Assembly (NCBI GenBank): GCA_965277715.1
Contig: OZ255836.1
Coordinates: forward strand, 1,056,001 to 1,120,000
Origin: Gammaproteobacteria bacterium
GTDB taxonomy: Bacteria > Pseudomonadota > Gammaproteobacteria > JBCCGL01
Direction of reading: 5' to 3'
DNA: 64,000 nucleotides
Position numbers and translations under genes: made by a program. Shown piece after piece: positions 60,119 through 64,000 of this stretch. Each line of letters starts with the position of its first letter. The stretch's first letter is position 1. Below the pieces are notes generated by a model. The model was not told where the DNA came from. It was given only the letters and a program-made list of their open reading frames with translations, and did no database searches.

Positions 60119-60568
60119 TCAAATCCTCGGCAATTGAGGGCGAAAATCTGGACCATAAAAAGGATTGATGATATCAACGCTTGCAGGTGAAAAGTCATCA
60201 ACATTTCTTGTAACGATGGTCATGTCATGAACCATTGCTGTGGCCGCTATAAGCGCGTCTCGACCTGACCGAGGATCTGGCACATGCAATTTGGCACAGC
60301 GTTGTGCTACAACAGCATCCACTACAAGGATGCGATCAGAAAAGGCGGGTAAGACATGGGCATTAAACCAAGCGCGTAGTACTGCTCCCTGTGCTGTGTC
60401 ACGCCTCTCTACTAAAAGTATCCCCATTTCGAGTTCCAGAACGGTAATGACGGATAGAAATAGCCTTGTTGCTGAAACACTGTTAGCCCAGTCCACTACA
60501 TTTTTATCTGCTTTACCAGATGCTGCTTTTCTCAATTCAAAAATGACGTTGGTGTCTAGCAAGTACAT
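60119..60568 (-). CDS. vapC: VapC PIN toxin
   Basis: YLLDTNV, LSVITVLELE.G, DALIAATA, VTRNVDDF. Confidence 0.92.
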   Translation of the reverse strand: MYLLDTNVIFELRKAASGKADKNVVDWANSVSATRLFLSVITVLELEMGILLVERRDTAQGAVLRAWFNAHVLPAFSDRILVVDAVVAQRCAKLHVPDPRSGRDALIAATAMVHDMTIVTRNVDDFSPASVDIINPFYGPDFRPQLPRI

Positions 60569-60825
60569 CAGGAAAAATCTGCAGGTTGATGCAGTACTTT
60601 ACTCAACCGAGGCACTTCAAACTCAACTTCCGCTGCCTCTGGCATTGCCAGTAATTCGACAATGCTTTCTTTCTTATCCGTGATTTTTTGATATTCTTCA
60701 ATGGTTAATAACACATGTGCGGTACGACCTCGATCAGTAATAAATACTGGCCCAGACAAAGCGGCTCTTTTTGCCTTACCCACGTCATGATTAAGTTCTC
60801 TGCTGGAAATGGTTGTAATATTCAT
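60568..60825 (-). CDS. Phd/YefM antitoxin
   Basis: TTISSRELNHDVGKAKRAA..GPVFITDRG..AHVLL. Confidence 0.92.
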   Translation of the reverse strand: MNITTISSRELNHDVGKAKRAALSGPVFITDRGRTAHVLLTIEEYQKITDKKESIVELLAMPEAAEVEFEVPRLSKVLHQPADFS

Positions 60826-60850
60826 AGCAAGTTTCACCTACTGATAGCAC

Positions 60851-60870
60851 ATGTAGGTACGTTACTACAT
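60851..60870. promoter_or_regulatory. TA operator palindrome
   Basis: ATGTAG-gtacgtta-CTACAT upstream of the antitoxin. Confidence 0.6.
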
Positions 60871-60958
60871 TTTCCAATCAGATGGGTTGGCATACACCCT
60901 AATTCTGATATATAGACGGTGCCTGATACTGCGCAACGGCACGATTTTCTGAGGTGCA

Positions 60959-61266
60959 TTGACAAGCACCCTTTATCTAATTGAAATACGCTCACCGGCT
61001 ATAACCAATACTGGAGAAAACTCATTGTTCGCCAAGACAGGGTTTGTACTACTCATCGCACTCTTCGGCACACTGATGTTTGCCGCCGGATCGATAGCGC
61101 CAGACACTATCACGACACCACTCAATACGGCCATTGCCCGTGTGCAAAAACTTTGGCAAAGCGACACTGTGATCCCACAAACCACAACCACACCGATTAC
61201 TGAAACCACCGCCGCAACGGATAAACCAATAAGCTACAGTCGCCTGTTGCTAGATCCAGCGCTACC
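60959..61266 (+). pseudogene. Membrane-anchored hypothetical protein truncated by an IS
   Basis: One TM segment and a Thr-rich linker; the reading frame runs into the IS end. Confidence 0.45.
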
Positions 61267-62945
61267 CCCCCTGTGTCAGGCTAGTTGTCCCCCTCCCTAA
61301 ATTGAGATTCAATAAGTTATTACAGGAGGCAAAGAGAGAGTGGTATGCGTTATCCAGTAGAAAGAAAGGCCGCTGTTTTAAAGAAGATGCTGCCGCCGAA
61401 CAATCAGACAATTTCCCGGTTAGCCAAAGAAGAAGGCATTGCACAAGGTACGCTTTATAGTTGGCGAGCCCAAGCAAGAGCGAAAGGCGAACTCATGCCA
61501 GATGGCGATTTGACACCAGCAGGTTGGGGTTCTTCTGATAAGTTTGCAGCGGTTCTGGAAAGTGCGTCATTAAGCGAAACAGACCTTTCAGCTTATTGCC
61601 GTCATCGTGGTTTGTACCCTGATCAGATTAAGGCGTGGCGAATGGCTTGTGAACAAGCCAATGACTGGGATCGCGCCCAAACGAAACGTTTACAAACCAG
61701 TCGTAGAGAAGCGGATAAACGTATTAAACGTCTCGAACAAGACCTGCACCGAAAGGAGAAAGCGTTAGCCGAAACAGCCGCTTTGCTGGTGCTTAGAAAA
61801 AAGGCCCAAGCGATCTGGGGGGAGGGAGAGGACGAATGACCTGCCATTCAGATCGCCAAAATAGTATCCGTTTAATCAAAGAGGCCGTTGTCGCTGGCGC
61901 TACATTAAGTAAAGCGTGCAAAGTGCTTGAGTTACACCCTAAGACGTACCGACGCTGGGCAAACGCGGGTACTGTCCGTGCTGATGGCAGACCCAGCGCT
62001 CATCGACAGGCGCCTAGTAATAAGTTCACAGCAGAAGAGCGGGCATTGATCGTCACCACTTGTAATGAAGCGAAATACCAAGCGCTACCCCCCTCGCAAA
62101 TTGTGCCCAAATTGGCGGATGAAGGTGTGTATATTGGGTCAGAGTCAAGCTTCTATCGGGTGTTAAAGTCGGAAAACCAACTGCAGCGGCGAGGTAAGGC
62201 GGCGGCGCCTAAAAAACGGCACAAACCTAACAGCTACCTGGCATCAAGGCCAAACGAGGTGTGGTCTTGGGATATTACCTTTTTGAAATCGAACATAACC
62301 GGGTGGTTTTACCGGCTTTACATGATGATGGATATTTACAGTCGTAAAATTGTTGCCGGGGAAGTGCATGACAGTGAATCGGCTGATCTGGCAGCGGCGC
62401 TGATCCAGCGTGCCTGTTTAGCGGAGGGATGCAGCCAGAGTCAATTGGTATTACACGCGGATAATGGTGGCCCGATGAAAGGTGCTACCATGTTAGCAAA
62501 ACTGCAATGGTTGGGTGTGATACCTTCGTTTAGCAGGCCATCGGTAAGCGATGATAATCCTTATTCAGAAAGTCTGTTTAGAACCTTAAAATACACGCCT
62601 GCCTATCCGTCAAAGCCATTTGATAGTTTAGCCTCTGCGCGAAACTGGGTGCATGGATTTGTGCAATGGTACAACGACTCTCATTGCCATAGCGGCATTG
62701 GGTTTGTGACACCAGCCTCGCGTCATAAAGGCGAAGACCACGCGATACTGGCAGCCAGAAAAGCAGTTTATGAACAAGCAAAGGCCAAACACCCTGAACG
62801 CTGGAGTCAGGATATTAAACACCTCGAACCTGTATCGGGGGTGTGGTTAAACCCGGAAAAGGAAGGCTTGGCCATGAGACAAAAGCATAATGGAATTGAA
62901 AAGCAAGTAACATAGTAAAATGGACAACTACCTTGACAAACACCG
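61267..62945 (+). mobile_element. IS3-family-like IS (orfA 61345-61839, orfB 61836-62915)
   Basis: DDE motifs WSWDIT, LHADNG, SDDNPYSES; IRs TGTCAGGCTAGTTGTCC / GGACAACTACCTTGACA; AAAAAAG -1 frameshift site; no target duplication visible. Confidence 0.92.
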
Positions 62946-63206
62946 CCTTCATCGTTAGCGGCTTTGTAGCGATAAAAGGTATCGCGTGATAAGCCCATCA
63001 TTTTGCAGGCTTTCGATACGTTTCCAAGCTCTTCGGCCAAATTCAATAGACCAACTTTATGTTTAATGACTTTGTCATTAGTATGAATCATGAGAGTTAC
63101 CTTTAACATTTTGATTGATGTTAGCAATCACATCAAAACGGGTAACTCTCATTAAATCAAGCTTACTGGATTTAATGAAGTGTCAGATCGGGTCTAAACT
63201 TCTACA
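62946..63206 (-). mobile_element. IS481-family remnant (left end + transposase N-terminus)
   Basis: MIHTNDKVIKHKVGLLNLAEELGNVSKACKMMGLSRDTFYRYK; terminus TGTAGAAGTTTAGACCCGATCTGACA. Confidence 0.85.
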
Positions 63207-63301
63207 GCTAATGGCTATTTATCACCTGTGGATTATGAGCTATCTAAAAAGATCGCTTAAACATGTGTCCGATAATGTGTTGACAATGTGTTGACACATC
63301 A
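63207..63301 (+). mobile_element. IS3-family 3' remnant
   Basis: ANGYLSPVDYELSKKIA* followed by a GTGTCC...TTGACACATCA right-end-like sequence. Confidence 0.65.
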
Positions 63302-63539
63302 AACTGCCAATACTCACCTCGTTTGTACACACAAGCTTCGTCAAATATTGCTATTTCGCCTTCAGCAAAGTTTTGTTTTTTTAAATGCCAAGTTTGCTCG
63401 CAGAGTTACTATTATTTTCAGTAGTCAAACGTTTGTGCAACATTCTGTGTAACTGCACGAGAAAACTTCAATTAAATCAATGATTGATTTTTTATGTGAA
63501 ACAAATGTGTAAGTTAAATATCTATAACTTAAATAATAA

Positions 63540-64000
63540 GGTTCTTCCCCGATTATTGTGAAGCCACCGGTTCCATATCCAGCTTTCCGCAGTAAAACAA
63601 AATACTCCGCCGGTAACTTTCAAACGAACGAAACCCTCTTGCATTCGATTTGACTGTCTGAATTTTTGAATTCAAACCCTCTGACACGGCATTACTTATT
63701 GTGTGCTTAAACCATGTCAATATGTTCGGCATGTGCGTTTTTATCATCTTGGCCACTTTCTTTATGCTGTCCAATCGGCACCGAATTGCCCACGCATACC
63801 ATGCGCTAAAGAAACGCTTTGCCCAACCCGCTGTCTTATACGTCCAAAAATCACGAAACAGTTCTTTTATCGCCCAGGCTCGGGCTGTCAATAACTGATC
63901 ATGCTTGAGTGACTCAAAGTGCTCGGCTGCTTTGTCAGACAAATTTTCTTCGTTTTTTAACCAGTGATAACGACTCTTTTTCAATCGAGTATCACCTTGT
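63540..64000 (-). mobile_element. ISL3-family IS, 3' part (runs off the window)
   Basis: TARAWAIKE, ISNAVSEGLNSKIQ..K..ARGFR; GGTTCTTC terminus next to an AT-rich flank. Confidence 0.88.

Overview
A gammaproteobacterial chromosome segment (taxon inferred from the rpoE-rseABC-degP-lepA-lepB-rnc-era-recO, nadB, orn/rsgA, fabI and deaD backbone) with two accessory zones. Left zone (1-15 kb): the tail of a DISARM locus (drmB, drmC, vsr) joins abruptly at ~2790 to a convergent three-gene operon. That operon encodes a 3-TM PycTM-like membrane protein, a small Zn-ribbon protein and a CHAT(caspase-like)-STAND NTPase-TPR protein. It is the best candidate for an undescribed system, although its TPR tail looks cut off at the junction. 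Next come an IS3-family element inserted into a displaced 70-bp copy of a thiolase 3' end, a TA-only islet between the two thiolase-end copies, and a decayed integron (integrase pseudogene, attI-like site interrupted by a MITE, one lipoprotein cassette with an attC). Middle: peptide ABC genes, a polyol (mannitol/arabitol) operon, a carnitine/betaine-type catabolic cluster and tRNA-Arg(ACG), followed by core genes, an IDH-CBS fusion and an amidinotransferase-carbamoylase pair. Right end: vapBC and a nested pile of IS elements (IS3-like, IS481, IS3 remnant, ISL3). No CRISPR array or rRNA was seen. All calls are by motif recognition only; no database searches were run.
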